A stretch of DNA of 61,243 nt, filler included, from Nemertoderma westbladi (taxonomy: Eukaryota; Animalia; Xenacoelomorpha): NCBI GenBank assembly GCA_032718475.1. It is 3 parts of 3 records of this genome, joined end to end, with 100 filler letters (N's around TTAATTAATTAA, not from the genome) between each part and the next. Parts side by side here need not be neighbours in the genome. Positions count along the whole stretch, not along the records: positions 1 to 28,504 come from JAUCBJ010007808.1; 2 more parts are not named here. The stretch is one strand, 5' to 3'. Numbering within the stretch: position 1 is the stretch's first letter; each line of letters begins with the position of its first letter. The notes beneath the pieces are model-generated. The model did no database searches, was not told where the DNA came from, and was given only the letters and a program-made list of their open reading frames with translations. Shown here piece after piece: positions 1 through 16,149 of the stretch. The position numbers and the translations under genes were made by a program.

Positions 1-375
1 ATATCTCGGCGACCATATGAATATCGAACCCGAGAACGCAAGCTGGAGAGAACCATTAAACCGAGAAAGTTCCTCACCACTCACGGTCCACCCACCGCTA
101 GTGTCCAGACGACCCGTCAAGGACCCGTAGGAGCTGCTGTCCTGAGACACGCTCTAAAGGCCGTTAGACCTCGCTCCACTGAGGTTGATATTAATCAACC
201 AGGTACTTCGACCGGCGGGTATACCGATCGTAACCCTACACCTTCTGATGCAATTGTATTGCACCCTTCGCCTCGGAGCTACAGCCCTCCTCGTAAAGTG
301 GCTCGCCCCAAAGAGAAAAGGACTCTTGCTGGCCTCGGGAAACTGCGTAAACGCCGTCCGCGTAAGAAAGACTAA
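1..375 (+). CDS. 3' end of an ORF running in from outside the window; probably the last ORF of an LTR retrotransposon
   Basis: Frame 1 is open from base 1 to TAA at 373-375 (ISRRPYEYRTRERKLE...GLGKLRKRRPRKKD*). It is basic and Pro-rich, and a PPT-like tract and LTR follow about 70 bp later. Confidence 0.55.
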   Translation: MSRRPYEYRTRERKLERTIKPRKFLTTHGPPTASVQTTRQGPVGAAVLRHALKAVRPRSTEVDINQPGTSTGGYTDRNPTPSDAIVLHPSPRSYSPPRKVARPKEKRTLAGLGKLRKRRPRKKD

Positions 376-453
376 CTGTTTAGAGTATCTTTAGGTTTTA
401 GAAACTGTGATTTTTGTATTTTATAGACTGAAAATCCCATTTTCTGGGAGCGG

Positions 454-1697
454 TGTAAAAGCCTTTGCTGAATTGCCCCGTTATTTTTATTATCTTTTAC
501 ATTAAAATACTCTGTAGTTGATTTAATAGGTGTAAGAGACCGTATTATTGCTGTATCGGTGTTTTTAGAGGATCTAAGAGCTATTTCCTCCGTATGTGTA
601 CTGTGAAAGGCATAGTTGATGATTCTATGGCAATTCGTGACGCAATAGGTGATAGCTACTCTTGAACAGTAGTTACTATGACTACGGTTAACAGCTGATA
701 TTCATACGTGTTGATTTTCTTTGTTCTACGGCGTCTCTCAGTTCAGTCAGCCAATCAGAGCGTTTTTATGGCTCTTGTACAGAAATTTCCGAGAAATCAC
801 GTAATGCTTTATGTGCAGTGTTTACATTCTGTCCTGAGCCAGGAGAGAGCGGCTTGGAAACATTTTGTGCTTTTCTGTTTTAGTCTAACACTAGTAGGCT
901 TAATTATAAGGACATATATCCGTTATCTGATGTCTGATCACTGATGAACTAAACATAACTGACTGATGATCTGCATGTACCACATACCTGTGCATACGTT
1001 TATATTGTTATACTGCTATTTACTGTCGGTTCTTCATAATATGGTTGATGAATTATTATATTTGGAATAACGATAAATAACCCCGAAAACCCAATATTCT
1101 TGATATACCGAAGGTAAGAGAGAAAGGTTACATATAACGATTGTGACTTATGTTAAAGTGGTTTGAAGTGAATCTAATGTTATTTGATAGACCCTACATG
1201 AGTCGGTCCGTGTTCCTTTTATATGTGGCTAAAATCAGTGAAGATCGGCAGATCAGTGTGCAGTATTGTGCAGCATTGTGTATGAGTGAGTCTGATAACG
1301 AAGCATTTCCTAAAGAATGCGCCATATATGTGAATTATAACTAAGCCATATCGTTGTGAGTAGTTTAAGTCATAACTCTGTTTATATAGATAGAGCGCCA
1401 CGTCCTAAAGGAACTGTTAATATTCCCCGAAGGTGAATAATATTGTCAGAGATTATATAATACTGTCAGTCGAATAATACATTAAGCTTACATAGCAATA
1501 AGATTAAGCCGTCGAACCCAATCTCCCGGGTATATCCAGCGGGTGAATGATCGCGCACAGATTGGTTTCGACTAGTGTAGTGAATTAAATACTTGTCATA
1601 GGCTAAAAGTGATTTATTATCTAGAAGACATCCTAATTTGGCGGGTTAAACTGCCAAAGGTCTGAAAGCGCGAACACGGAGGTTCCTCCGGGTTACA
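454..1697 (+). mobile_element. Putative 3' LTR (about 1.24 kb)
   Basis: Begins TGTAA directly after the purine-rich GGGAGCGG (PPT-like) and ends TTACA, giving 5-bp inverted TG...CA termini. Non-coding interior. The partner LTR is not in the window. Confidence 0.6.
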
Positions 1698-2229
1698 ATA
1701 TGAGCTCCGGCCGGAGCCGGAAGTTTGGAGGTTGATAATTCCAGTGTATTATTATAGTAGACATAGACAGCTATGTGTACATGAGACGGGGGATTTGATG
1801 CAAATTCGTGCTCGGCGAATTAATATCTCGCCTCAATGTCAAATTATCAATTAAGGGAAATGAGCAGTAAAATACATCCCCCAGAATACAATGAACTTTT
1901 TTCGACCATTGAAAAACCTGCATTTTTTAGTACTAAAACATCTGTAAAAATTTTCAAAGTCGGAGTGGCAGTATTATCTTTTGTGCATCTGTTGGACCAT
2001 AAAATTATCTTCAATAATATATATAACTTTACTAGGATCCAAAAAAAAATATCATTCTGAAATTAAGTCGAATCGTGTGGGAAACTTTTTTGGCCACTTT
2101 TTGTGAGTTTGGGCCTTAGGTGACTGCGTCGCCGCACTCATCGAAATATTTTGTAGTTCTATTGGAGAAACATAATGGCTGCTGTAAAATGATACATCAC
2201 CCAATGGCTATCTGTGTCAACATTATTAT

Positions 2230-2510
2230 GATCATTACTATGATATTTACATTATTCATATATACATCTTTTTTTGAAACCTCTACAATTATCCTTCTAA
2301 GTGCCAAAATGGGCTCCATGGTCCCACGACCTTTACGGAACCCATTCTGGTTTCCACGGAGCAGTCTCTCAATGGGATCCCTGATGCGATTTAATAGAAT
2401 CCTATTGTATAGCTTTGCAGCAATCGAGATCAATGAGATTCCCCGAAAAGAACCATAGAGTGTTAGGTTGCCCTTCTTGGGAACTGGCACCAACTTATTT
2501 GTTTTCATTT
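2230..2510 (-). pseudogene. RTE-like non-LTR retrotransposon RT fragment
   Basis: LVPVPKKGNL...FRGISLISIAAKLYNRILLNRI...NQNGFRKGRGT..ILALRRI, the N-terminal RT motifs; similar to 55881-56438. Confidence 0.85.
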
Positions 2511-3241
2511 CTTGTGGGTCTATCTTTGTCCGGTACATGTCTATTTTGATGGGGTGAATAACCTCCAAACACTCTGTTATTTTAAGGGGGGGGGGGGGGG
2601 GAGACACCATCTACTCAACTGGCGCGATTGGTCTTGAAAACATTCTAGAAGTTGACTAATATTTCACTTAGTAATAAATGTAGGAAAATAAATGAATTTG
2701 GCGAATTTTATCAAATAATATTGACAATTATAAATAATATTGCAGTTCGATTAACACATTAATATTGCATAACAAATATTGCATAGTTAGTAAGAAAGCA
2801 CTAAATTATAGTTAAAAGGCTACCACTGACTGCATAAAGCCTTCAAATGTTAACCCGACTAAAAACATAATAAAGAACCTCACAGGCGAATGTAAAAATA
2901 TTTTATTCCAAAATTTCATCATTATTGATGTTCTTTGTCACAGTGATATGTTATAGCACAACAAACGGCTGGTAGTTGCCGAAACTGTAACAAAGTACAC
3001 AATTATTATTGTTTGTTCTGCAGTTGAAATTTCTAAGTTTGGGTAATTAATTATATTCTTTGTCGCGGTCGGGTGACTTTATAAAGCTTTTAGCTGACAT
3101 ACACATACACACATACAAACAGAAATAAACTAAATTGTCAGACTCAGAAGTAATATAAACTCCTTTATCGTATGGAATCCTAATTATTAGTTTTATAAAA
3201 TAAATAAAGTTAATAACGCGATTTACACAATATTATCTAAA

Positions 3242-4984
3242 CTATTCCTCAACCGATTGTTTGCCTGAAGTTATATTGTTTGTATTGACTTTAAGGAAGC
3301 CAAACAAGGAATCTAGACTGACCACGTTGTACTCGCACTGAGACAGAAACCCCTCGACCACGTCACCTAGACAACCCATGGCCTTGGCAACCGCGGACCC
3401 GGTGTAGCCCCAGTCTACGGACTGCCCCCTAGCGGCGGCAGCGGCCTCCCCTTCGTCGAACAGGTAACGCAGGTAACACAGCTGGGAGTGCAGCTCGGCG
3501 GCGGAATACTCCGGGTACAAACCGGTCCGATCGAGCGGACACAGCGGGTAGGAGGCGGGAATCCGGCGTAATCTATGGGACTCCTCGCACAGCTGCCACC
3601 CCCGGCAGTACCGCGCCACGTACGTCCGACACATTCGCGACAGCTGATTGGCCAGCAAAGGCCAGTGGTCGCTGGGCGCCGTCCTACACTTACTGTTCGC
3701 GCAGACACCGAGGAACGACACGGCCTTCCCGTCGCTAACCGTAAAATGTTCCGCTATTAGATTATCCGCCCCGCAATCGCAACATTGGAACAGGAAGGGT
3801 TCCGCGCCCTTGAAACGTTCCTCCATGTTCAACTCTATGGTCGGGGTGTCCGACTGTCCGTCTCGGTGTCCGGACGTCCGACTGGATTGTCGGAAGGCGG
3901 AGGGATCCAGTCCCAACAGCCCCGCTATTACGTCGCTTCCCATCCCCTCGATCGGCTCTAATATTCGAGACACAACCGGATGGATTTGACTCGATAGGTA
4001 GTAATGAGTGTCCAACTTGAGCTTCTTACCAATAGATTGTCCCGAAACTAACTTACTTTCTGATCGATTCTCTTGGCTATCTATCTCCTCCTGTTTTAGC
4101 TCCACTTCCCCCTGTATTTCCCCGTGTTTCCCTTCCCCCTGTACCACCCCTCCCTCCCCCAACTCGCTGGGATGGTAAGCCCTCTGTGTGGCCGACGCCC
4201 CGCTCCCGTCCACGCATATAACGTAACCCACGGCGTCGCCCGCCCGCAACTTCCTACCGCCGCGCACGTTCAACCGCATCGCTACCTGAACGTGCGGTAA
4301 ACCCTTCTTATCCGGGTAATCCTTCGGCTCCTTAGTCAACTGCTTCACTATAACGTATTTCTCGAGATCCACTCTATCCCCCTTGACTCTCTCCCCGACG
4401 GACTGCAGCTCGCTGTGTACTGACTGGATGATATCGTCTCGGGGTTTACTAGAGAGCAACTCATCTACAACGTAACCGCCGACGTCCTTGGCGAGTTGAC
4501 ACCAATCCCTCCGAACGATATCCAAACCTTTGAGTTCCGTTTCAGTGTAAATCGAACCATCGGACGACCTGTGCAGCGCCAAGGCGGCGTACTTCTTTTT
4601 CCTAAGTAACAACATCGACTTATAAACCCCGTCTATATCGATCTCCAGCAACTTAAAGAGTTTATTAACTTCGCTTTTTATTTTATTACCGAGTTTCAGA
4701 GCGACATCGAAGTCGGTGGCGTTCGAGTTGACCATGATGGAGTCGGTATCTCCGTAGACGACCTCCAACCCCAGGGAGGACTCGACCAGCTCCTTGGTGC
4801 GCTGGAGGGTCTCCCGACCGACGCTGGTCACTAGCGCCGCCAGCGGCAGGGCGTAGAACCTCGAGGCAGCGAACCCCAGACAGCCATACATGGAGTTCGC
4901 GGTTAGTTTGAGGGCCCGCTGCCGGATGTCCAATTGCGTCATCTCTTCGGGACTCGTGTCCTTCGCTTTCATCAACGATTTCAC
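3242..4984 (-). CDS. POLA1: DNA polymerase alpha catalytic subunit, exon 2 (3' exon)
   Basis: Family-B motifs KLTANSMYG, YGDTDS, KKKYA, KGLDIVRRDW and a C-terminal Cys cluster. Acceptor tttttAG|GTG at 4985/4984 joins exon 1 in phase 0 (RRKQ|VKSLMK). Confidence 0.97.
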   Translation of the reverse strand: MKSLMKAKDTSPEEMTQLDIRQRALKLTANSMYGCLGFAASRFYALPLAALVTSVGRETLQRTKELVESSLGLEVVYGDTDSIMVNSNATDFDVALKLGNKIKSEVNKLFKLLEIDIDGVYKSMLLLRKKKYAALALHRSSDGSIYTETELKGLDIVRRDWCQLAKDVGGYVVDELLSSKPRDDIIQSVHSELQSVGERVKGDRVDLEKYVIVKQLTKEPKDYPDKKGLPHVQVAMRLNVRGGRKLRAGDAVGYVICVDGSGASATQRAYHPSELGEGGVVQGEGKHGEIQGEVELKQEEIDSQENRSESKLVSGQSIGKKLKLDTHYYLSSQIHPVVSRILEPIEGMGSDVIAGLLGLDPSAFRQSSRTSGHRDGQSDTPTIELNMEERFKGAEPFLFQCCDCGADNLIAEHFTVSDGKAVSFLGVCANSKCRTAPSDHWPLLANQLSRMCRTYVARYCRGWQLCEESHRLRRIPASYPLCPLDRTGLYPEYSAAELHSQLCYLRYLFDEGEAAAAARGQSVDWGYTGSAVAKAMGCLGDVVEGFLSQCEYNVVSLDSLFGFLKVNTNNITSGKQSVEE

Positions 4985-5745
4985 CTAAAAAATACAAAAC
5001 TTAGGTAAATATAACGTTGTCATTTGGAGCACTTCATTGTGATCAAATTGAGACAACTTCGTAAATATTCAATCAAGGACATCAATATAATTAATCAAAT
5101 GGCTATTGGACCATCCATTATTGCCAGCTCTCGTCTGACAAGCTTGTCTGTCAGTCTATTGGTTGTCCGGTTTCTGCAAATGTTGACGCATGTGTATAGC
5201 TGCCTCGGGTAGCCTGCTTGAGGTGAGGGCGCAAAGCAGGAGAAAGGCTACCCCTTCCCTCCAATCCTAATAATAAAACATTTTTTTTTTATAAAATGAG
5301 GGGGGGGGGGGTCATTTACACCTTTCCACATCAAATATAAAGGGGGCCCCGATATTCCCAATTACCTTGGCAGGGGCCCACTTTTTCTTCTCGGCGGCCC
5401 TGGTGGTAGGAGGAGGGTGAGGGGGGGGGGGGGGGGGGGGGGGGATTAGTGTTTGCTATCCAATAGTGTGCGTAAGATATTATAGTTTCATATAAATTTA
5501 GACTCTGAATACTTTTGTTAGTAAATTGCGTTGTCAAACACTCAATAATAATGTTAAAATGTTAATAGTTAAAATAGCCGTGAAGCTTATGACCACCAAT
5601 TCCCTAATCAGTAGAAAACTGTTAAAGAAAACAAAATTTAGAGAAATTTGAACCAGATTAATACGAGTCAAATTAAAAAAAAAAAAAGAAAAGAAACATT
5701 ATTCTAGAACGTAAAGATTTTCTAGGAGACTCCAGGTTACTTTAC
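4985..5745 (-). other. Single GT-AG intron of POLA1 (761 bp)
   Basis: Canonical donor and acceptor; removal restores the continuous conserved sequence EIRKLVDRRKQVKSLMK. Confidence 0.92.
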
Positions 5746-8256
5746 CTGCTTCCTTCGGTCCACCAACTTCCGTATCTCCTGTGGCAACACCCCCAACTCA
5801 GTAACGTTGCTAGGCACTTCCGGTATGACGTCATCCTCACCATGACGCCAATCCACTGTAGTGAAGCAGACGTTGTACTCCTGTATGATAGAGGGATAGA
5901 GACTGTTAAAATCCAGTAGGATGATGTACTTATCGTAGAAACCGCGTTTCGGCTCCAACACTAAACCCCCTGAGTATCCCGCCTTCTTGGACTTCTTCCG
6001 GTTTCCGGTCTGCTTGTCCGGACAGATGAAGTCGAGTTGGTTGAAGGCGTGGAGCAGCAGGAACTCGTTGCGTTCCGAGCGCCCGCCAATCAGAGTGCGA
6101 GACATCACGTTACCCGCGATACAGGTGATCTGGTAGGCCAACGGGAGGATGTTGAGTTGGTAGGCGATCCGTAGAGACAGCAAGGCGTCCGTCCAGGTCG
6201 CCTCCACCAACTCCATGAGACTCTTAGAGTCCTTGAAGCAGTGTAGGACTTCCTGCGGCTCGTAGGAGCGACGGGATTCCCGCAGCACGTGTCGGGCGAG
6301 CTCAGTAAGGTCGTAGCCTTTAGCGCGGATCAGCTCCCGGGCGGATAGGCCGACGTCGAGGAGGAGGCGACCGGCGGGGAGCGCGGCGCTACGAGACGGC
6401 AGCACGGAGCGGCGAAGACGCCCGAACCGGGACCAGTTGGCGACGCGGTCGCCGGACAGCTGGGCCAGCAACGCGTCCAGCCCGAAGCCGGACAGATCGT
6501 GTCCGACCAGCACGTCCGGGTCCATCCGGTGCAGCTTGGCGAGGAGGTAGCCGAGCAACGCGCGTTGGTTCGCGGAGACGTCGACGCGGATTCGGTTGCG
6601 AGCGAGGGAGTCGTGGAGGTCGTAGGGGAGGGAGCCGGAGCGGGGAGGGGCGAGTCCGAGGAAGTATGCGTCAAACCCGGGAGGTCCGGGGGCCGGCCGG
6701 TCCAGTCGGAAGTCCGACTGGAGGAGTCCGACGACGCCGACCACCTCGTTGGCGTTCCGCTCCGGGTTGTAGAGGAACCGCGGGGTTACCGAGAGGATGG
6801 AGAGCGGCGGGGGCGGAGGTTGTGACGCGGACGGCTCAATGGAGTTCGGCTCGACGGATACTTCGAACCGAGCCCAACTGAACCGACTCTTAGACGCCTC
6901 TGGTTGCTTTATGTCCAACCAACAGGGACCTTTAATCTTCCGGAGGAGGAGTATCGCCTCCAGGGAGGAGGTCGTCGTTCCGAATACCCGGGAGAACGTC
7001 TCCCCGACGGTGTCCGGGGATATCGCCGGATATTCCGGGGAATATCGGACCTCGAGATAGTCCGAACCGGACGGCACGTCGCCTAACTCGAAGGCGTACT
7101 TCTTGTAAACCGGACGGGAGCGGAACTTGCCGATGTTGAGATTCTCCGAGAGTTTGCTGAACTCCTCGTAGACGTCCTTGAGGGTGACGTCATCGCCGCT
7201 TCCGGTGCGTCGCTTCCGGGGCAGCAGGAAGATCCGTCGGTCGACGTTCCGGACGACCGCGCAGCCGCTCGCGTACCGACGCGCCGACGGGAACCAGACC
7301 TTCCCGAAGAGATAGACGACGCCGGGTTGCTTCGTCGCGTCGCTGTAAGCGTCCAACCAATAGAAACGCAGCAGCTTGTAGCCGCACCCGCTGTCCATCA
7401 CGGGGAGGGAACTTGTGTCCACCTCCTCCGGAACCTCCGGACATTCCGGGAGATCCAACTCGTCCCAGTTAAACGCCTTCTTATCGCACTCTTTAGTCTC
7501 CATCGGTTCCTCCTTAACTTCTACTGCGACGTTCTCTTTGACTTCCTTCGGTTGTTCGAAATCGGAATCATCGTCATCGGGGATCGTGTAATCGGAAATT
7601 GTTTCCGGTTCCGGTTTAACCGGAAGATTAGGTTTGAATTGATCTTTCTCGACTTTAGTTGGTTTGCTGGTAATGCCTTCCAGTGGATCGACGACGAACG
7701 GGTTCCCCTCCCGGCCTGCGTTGCTACTCCGTTTGATTTTCTTTTTTATCTTCGTCGGGAGGGGCCTAATGGTATCCTTGGAGGATATCCCGCTCAACAT
7801 CTCCTTCAGCAAGGTATCCTCCCCCAAAGTGGCGGCTTTCGGACCCGATGAACCGGAAGCAGTCATATTCCGGAACATGTTGTCTATCCCTTTAAACCCG
7901 TGTCCGGTTGCCAAGGATTCCGGACGACAGACTTTCTTGCGTTTGGGTTTACGGGAAGGCTCTTCATCCTCCACTAGGTCATCGTCGAATATTTCTCTTC
8001 CGTCGTCCAGGTAACCATCAAGGTTTCCCCCGTCGGCTATAAAACCCTCCGCCTGACGGGCCGTTACAAGTTTGGAGTATTTATCCTCATCAACAACGTC
8101 GTAGACATCATCCACATCCCCCACCTCGTATTTGAACCGTTTACCGCTTCTCTTCAGCTCTTTGAACCTGTCTAATGCCTCCTGCTTGGCGTTGGGTTTC
8201 TTGCTACGTCTGCTTCGACGGTGGTCGCCATCATCTCCGTTATTAATTTCTGCCAT
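5746..8256 (-). CDS. POLA1: DNA polymerase alpha catalytic subunit, exon 1
   Basis: ATG at 8256 (MAEINNG...RRSRR). Pol-alpha N-terminal acidic motif DDGREIFDD, FYWLDAY, GGRSERNEFLLLHAF and DFNSLYPSIIQEYN. Donor CAG|GTAAAG at 5746/5745. 837 codons; total protein about 1417 aa. Confidence 0.95.
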
Positions 8257-8514
8257 GTTCCAATTTTCAATTCTGCAATTGTAAGTTGTAACAAACTGGT
8301 CAATGACGAAGAATGAAGAATACTGATAAACAGACAGACAGACAGACAGAACTAGGAAGCTGAGGAGGAGGAAGTACAGGTATAACCTACTGACATACTG
8401 ACAACTGTTCAACCACACAATTTTAAATGAAATGTACAATACCGCGTAGCGGTACCGGGTACAATTTGCTGATTTGCCATTCTGCCATTAGATATCAGGC
8501 AGTCAGGTTAGATA

Positions 8515-8851
8515 ATAGGCAGATAGGGGCCTACCTTTCAGCCGTTAAGCCCTAACGGTAGAACGGCTGAACGGTATTATCTAACCTGCTAACCTGATCA
8601 AGGCTGCAAGGTTAGGGCTACCTGGCAGCCTGGCTACAGAAAGTGAAAGATAGATCTGCCTGCAACCAGTAACCAGTCTTTTAGAAAAAAATTTTCTATC
8701 CTCTGCTCTGATCAGCTGATAGTCTGATCCTGGGTGCCTGGCTGCATTGAAAAACAGTGCAGCTGCAGCATAGGCCTGGCTGCCTGGTTCAGGTTCATCC
8801 ACTGATCCATCATCCCGCCGACTGGCCGACGTTAGGCCCCTATCTGCCTAT
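8515..8851. mobile_element. MITE upstream of POLA1
   Basis: Perfect 19-bp inverted repeat ATAGGCAGATAGGGGCCTA (8515-8533) / TAGGCCCCTATCTGCCTAT (8833-8851). Confidence 0.75.
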
Positions 8852-9418
8852 CACCTTATGAGCCTATCTGATTCTGATTGGCCTACTGGCCTATCGAGCG
8901 ACTACAGGTGTAGGACAGCAGGAGCAGCTGAGCAGGACTGCATCGAAAATTTATTCGATTTGGGTGTTAAAGAATACACCCCCAACAGCCCAATTTCACC
9001 ATTATCTGTTTATTGTGAATCGGGAGAGTTACCCACCCACCGCTGCACCGTCAGACGTGTAGAAGCCTACATCAGTCTGTCAGTACGCAGTTACAGAGTT
9101 AGGTACCGTACCTATTCAGCTGACATCTATCAGCTACTGAGCTAGTCAGCTGAAACCAAGGACTCCAGTACAAACTGATAGTATTATTTGTACCGGCAAA
9201 CCGTTGCCGCTCACAGTCCTATAGAGAGAGATTATGTATACTTAGTCCAGTGTAGTGGTCAAGTGGTAGCTCTAGCTGGACCTGGGGCGGCGGCGGTATT
9301 CATAAATGTAACTAACTAGCAACTTAGTCCTAGTCACAGCAAGTTAGTAAGTGCTTGTACTAATTCGGTATTCAGAGAAGTTGGTGCTACTTATTACTAA
9401 CGTATTTAGTACTAGTTC

Positions 9419-11168
9419 TTGTTACCAGAACAGGCCGGTGGACAAAAGGGCCGCGGTTGCGTGGAGCACATTTTAACTCTACGGTTGCTGATGTCATCTG
9501 CCTTGAGAGTAAGGGGTCGTTGTCTTTACATAATCTTCGTAGATTTTGAGAAAGCCTACGATAAGGTAGTCAGAAATAAATTTCTAGAACTATTATGTGA
9601 GATGGGTTGTGGTAAGACCATGTTCAATGCGTTGCAATCGATCTACAAGAATGCAACTAATATCCTAGGTAACACGCAGATTGACTCGTCTATTGGGATG
9701 AAACAAGGAGCGCCCACTAGTATTTTCGGGTTCATATCATACACAAACCATCTTGGCCAATAACTTAATACCTTACCGTTGAACGGATGGTTGGGGGTCC
9801 TTCGGGTTCTCCTTTTGATGGACGATGCTGCAATGGTGGCGACTACGCATGATATGGCATCGAAACAACTAACAGTACTAAACAACTATTGCAAGGAGTT
9901 TGGAATGATAATAAACTTAAAAAAGACAAAAATATATGTTAGTTACTGGCACACGGAATGTGGACAGATGTGATCTCGTCAGCTCTGATGGTTCTCTTGT
10001 TGTAAAAAAATGTGGAATCTTATGTGTATTTAGGTACAGTTTTTCGCCAAGATGCGTCATTGACTAGATCAATATCAGATCAGATGAAGTTGAAAATACC
10101 GCATCAGTTGAAATTCAGCCAATTCCTTCTGCGCAACCCAGATATGCCTTTCACCATGAAATACAAGGTGTTCGATGCAGGATTGATGTCGAGCATCTAT
10201 CTTATACTCCTGCGAATCGTGGTTCGATGCTTCACTAATTTCTGTAAATAAACTGTACATGTCGTTGGTAAAACAACTGTTAGGCGTGAGAAGTACTGCT
10301 CCAAATCTACCATGTTTAATTGAGTTAAACTTACCCCCGTTGGAGTATATGGTAAAGTCAAAACAACAACGATTATTTAAATCGCTAATTCACAACCTAA
10401 ATACAGATATTCCACTATACAAGGCACTCGCGATAGCACGGGACTCAAAGAGCAAACATGCAGACCTCATCGATTCCTTCGTTGGCCGGCATCCTTTAAA
10501 CTTCGAGGAATAAGGAATGAAATTGATTAAATTTAAGTTGAACAGCTGTAGTATTGACGCAACAAAATTGTTACTGTACAAAACGATAAACGAAAATTTA
10601 ATAACCCCAAAATTTTATGGCGAATGCGCAAGCGACGCATACAGGAAAGCGTGGTCTAGACTGAGGATTGGAAGTCACAATCTTCCGGTCGAAAAAATGC
10701 GATGGGCAAAGGTCCCTAAAACAGACCGATATTGCGTGTGTGGGTCGAATTGTAATAACGAACACCATATTTTCATAGTGTCCACTGCTGGCGAATGTAC
10801 GGGAAGAATTTTTCAAAACAAACATACCAACGTCACTCAAGGACCTTTTTGAAATGTATGACCAGTCCGTGGTGGCGAAGTACATTTTTAAGGTATTCGT
10901 TTTGGTGGAGAATGATTGGTAATTGAAATGAAGTTGACAAGATGTTGATGAGAGGGATATGGTAACTTAAGCTTGCTGAAATGTAATGTTTTGAATTTGT
11001 GTAAGAATTTAGTTAGAATTAATTTAGTATTGAACTTGTATTGAAATTGAAATGTGTAATATTTGTTTTATTGTATTTGTTTTATTGAATTGAAATTGTG
11101 TATTATTTTGGACTGTATTATTTGTATATTATGTACTGATATTCGGTCAATAAACTATCTATCTATCT
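9419..11168 (+). mobile_element. 5'-truncated, frameshifted non-LTR retrotransposon (RT, C-terminal region and 3' UTR)
   Basis: EQAG...IFVDFEKAYD, GMKQGAP, LLMDD, YVYLG, RLRIGSHNLPVE...CVC in successive frames. Ends with AATAAA followed by a (CTAT)n tail at 11149-11168. Confidence 0.85.
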
Positions 11169-11314
11169 AAACTGGTATTCATAGAATTTAGTCTTGCTTA
11201 AGTTAGTATTAGCTGTAACTTATATTTCAAGTCACATGAAGATGTGACTAAGTAGGTAGGAATGCTTACTACTTCTATATTGGCTTTCATACAAACAGTA
11301 TAGTTATTGCAGAT

Positions 11315-11515
11315 AGTGGCGCACTTTGACCGCAAGCGAAAATCGTGATCTTCAGCGCAAATTGACCGCACATTGATATAATGTATAGTTTATTGTTTTG
11401 GTTAGAAAATACTGCCACTGGAACCTGCTCCTTTCCCTTAATGTTTTTATTTAAATTAAATTAATTTTTCAAACCCACTAAAATTTATTTTGTGTTTGCG
11501 GTCAATCCGCGCCAT
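11315..11515. mobile_element. Small MITE-like element
   Basis: Imperfect inverted ends AGTGGCGCACTTTGACCGCAAGC / GTTTGCGGTCAATCCGCGCCATT; internal segment shared with 31742-31794. Confidence 0.45.
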
Positions 11516-12228
11516 TGACGGAACACATTATACTGTACTCCTCTCTTGTTTTTCTGTCCTTCTGTGTCCGTTGCAAATGTGTCGCAGAGAAATGATCAGA
11601 TATCTAACGATATAAAGCTTGTTGTTTTTTAAACAACCATCTGCCGTAATGTTTCCACATTTAAGATTGAATTCTTTGAATGGTGTGCGTAGTGTTCCTA
11701 ATTAGCTTTTCCAAGCTGCACTTTATTGCCGAAGCGAAATAAATGGTTTTTATTAAGGGTAGCCATTTACAGTATCGCCTTAGTAAAAATAATCATTTTT
11801 CACTAAGTTTTAACAGAAAAATTATTCAAATATTCAGTTCCACTAAAATATATTAATTTTCGCTAAAATAAATATAAAAAAGTCACTAAACAGCTAAATA
11901 AGGGAATGGGGTTATTTTAACCAAAACACTAAAGGAATATCAATATTCTATATCTTTGGATTTGATATTAGTTTTTTGATATTACAATTTTATTTTTGAT
12001 GATAAAAATAAATTTATTTTAGTGGAAGAAAAATATATATTATTATGACGGAGATTTATTACAAAACATTTAATTTAGAGGAAAAAAACATTATAAATTA
12101 ATTATTAATTTGTACTTAATAGAAATGGAGATCAAATTAACTAAATAAATGAATACGAGTCCATGTTCTATATAACAAATACAGGTAAATGTTTTCTGAT
12201 ACATAACGTCTAAAACTGTTGCGGGTCC

Positions 12229-15995
<3,767 letters not shown>

Positions 15996-16149
15996 GAAAA
16001 AACATTAAATTTAATGGAAAAGTAAATTGTACATATGAGTGAAGTAAAGAATTATTATATATTATAGTATTACAGTATATGAATAAAAATCAATAATAAT
16101 AAGGGTAAACCCGACCACTATAACATTTATAATACAATAATTATTGTCT

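Noticed and set aside
6330-8014. Overlapping and antisense ORFs inside POLA1 and the retroelements
   Set aside because: Shadow ORFs of GC-rich coding sequence with no recognisable motifs.
3242-8256. Viral or Polinton-type DNA polymerase B
   Set aside because: Pol-alpha-specific N- and C-terminal motifs and a spliceosomal intron identify it as cellular POLA1.
8257-8439. 61-aa hydrophobic N-terminal extension of POLA1 in the ORF track
   Set aside because: Non-ATG start, includes a TCTG microsatellite, and similarity to Pol alpha begins at Met 8256.
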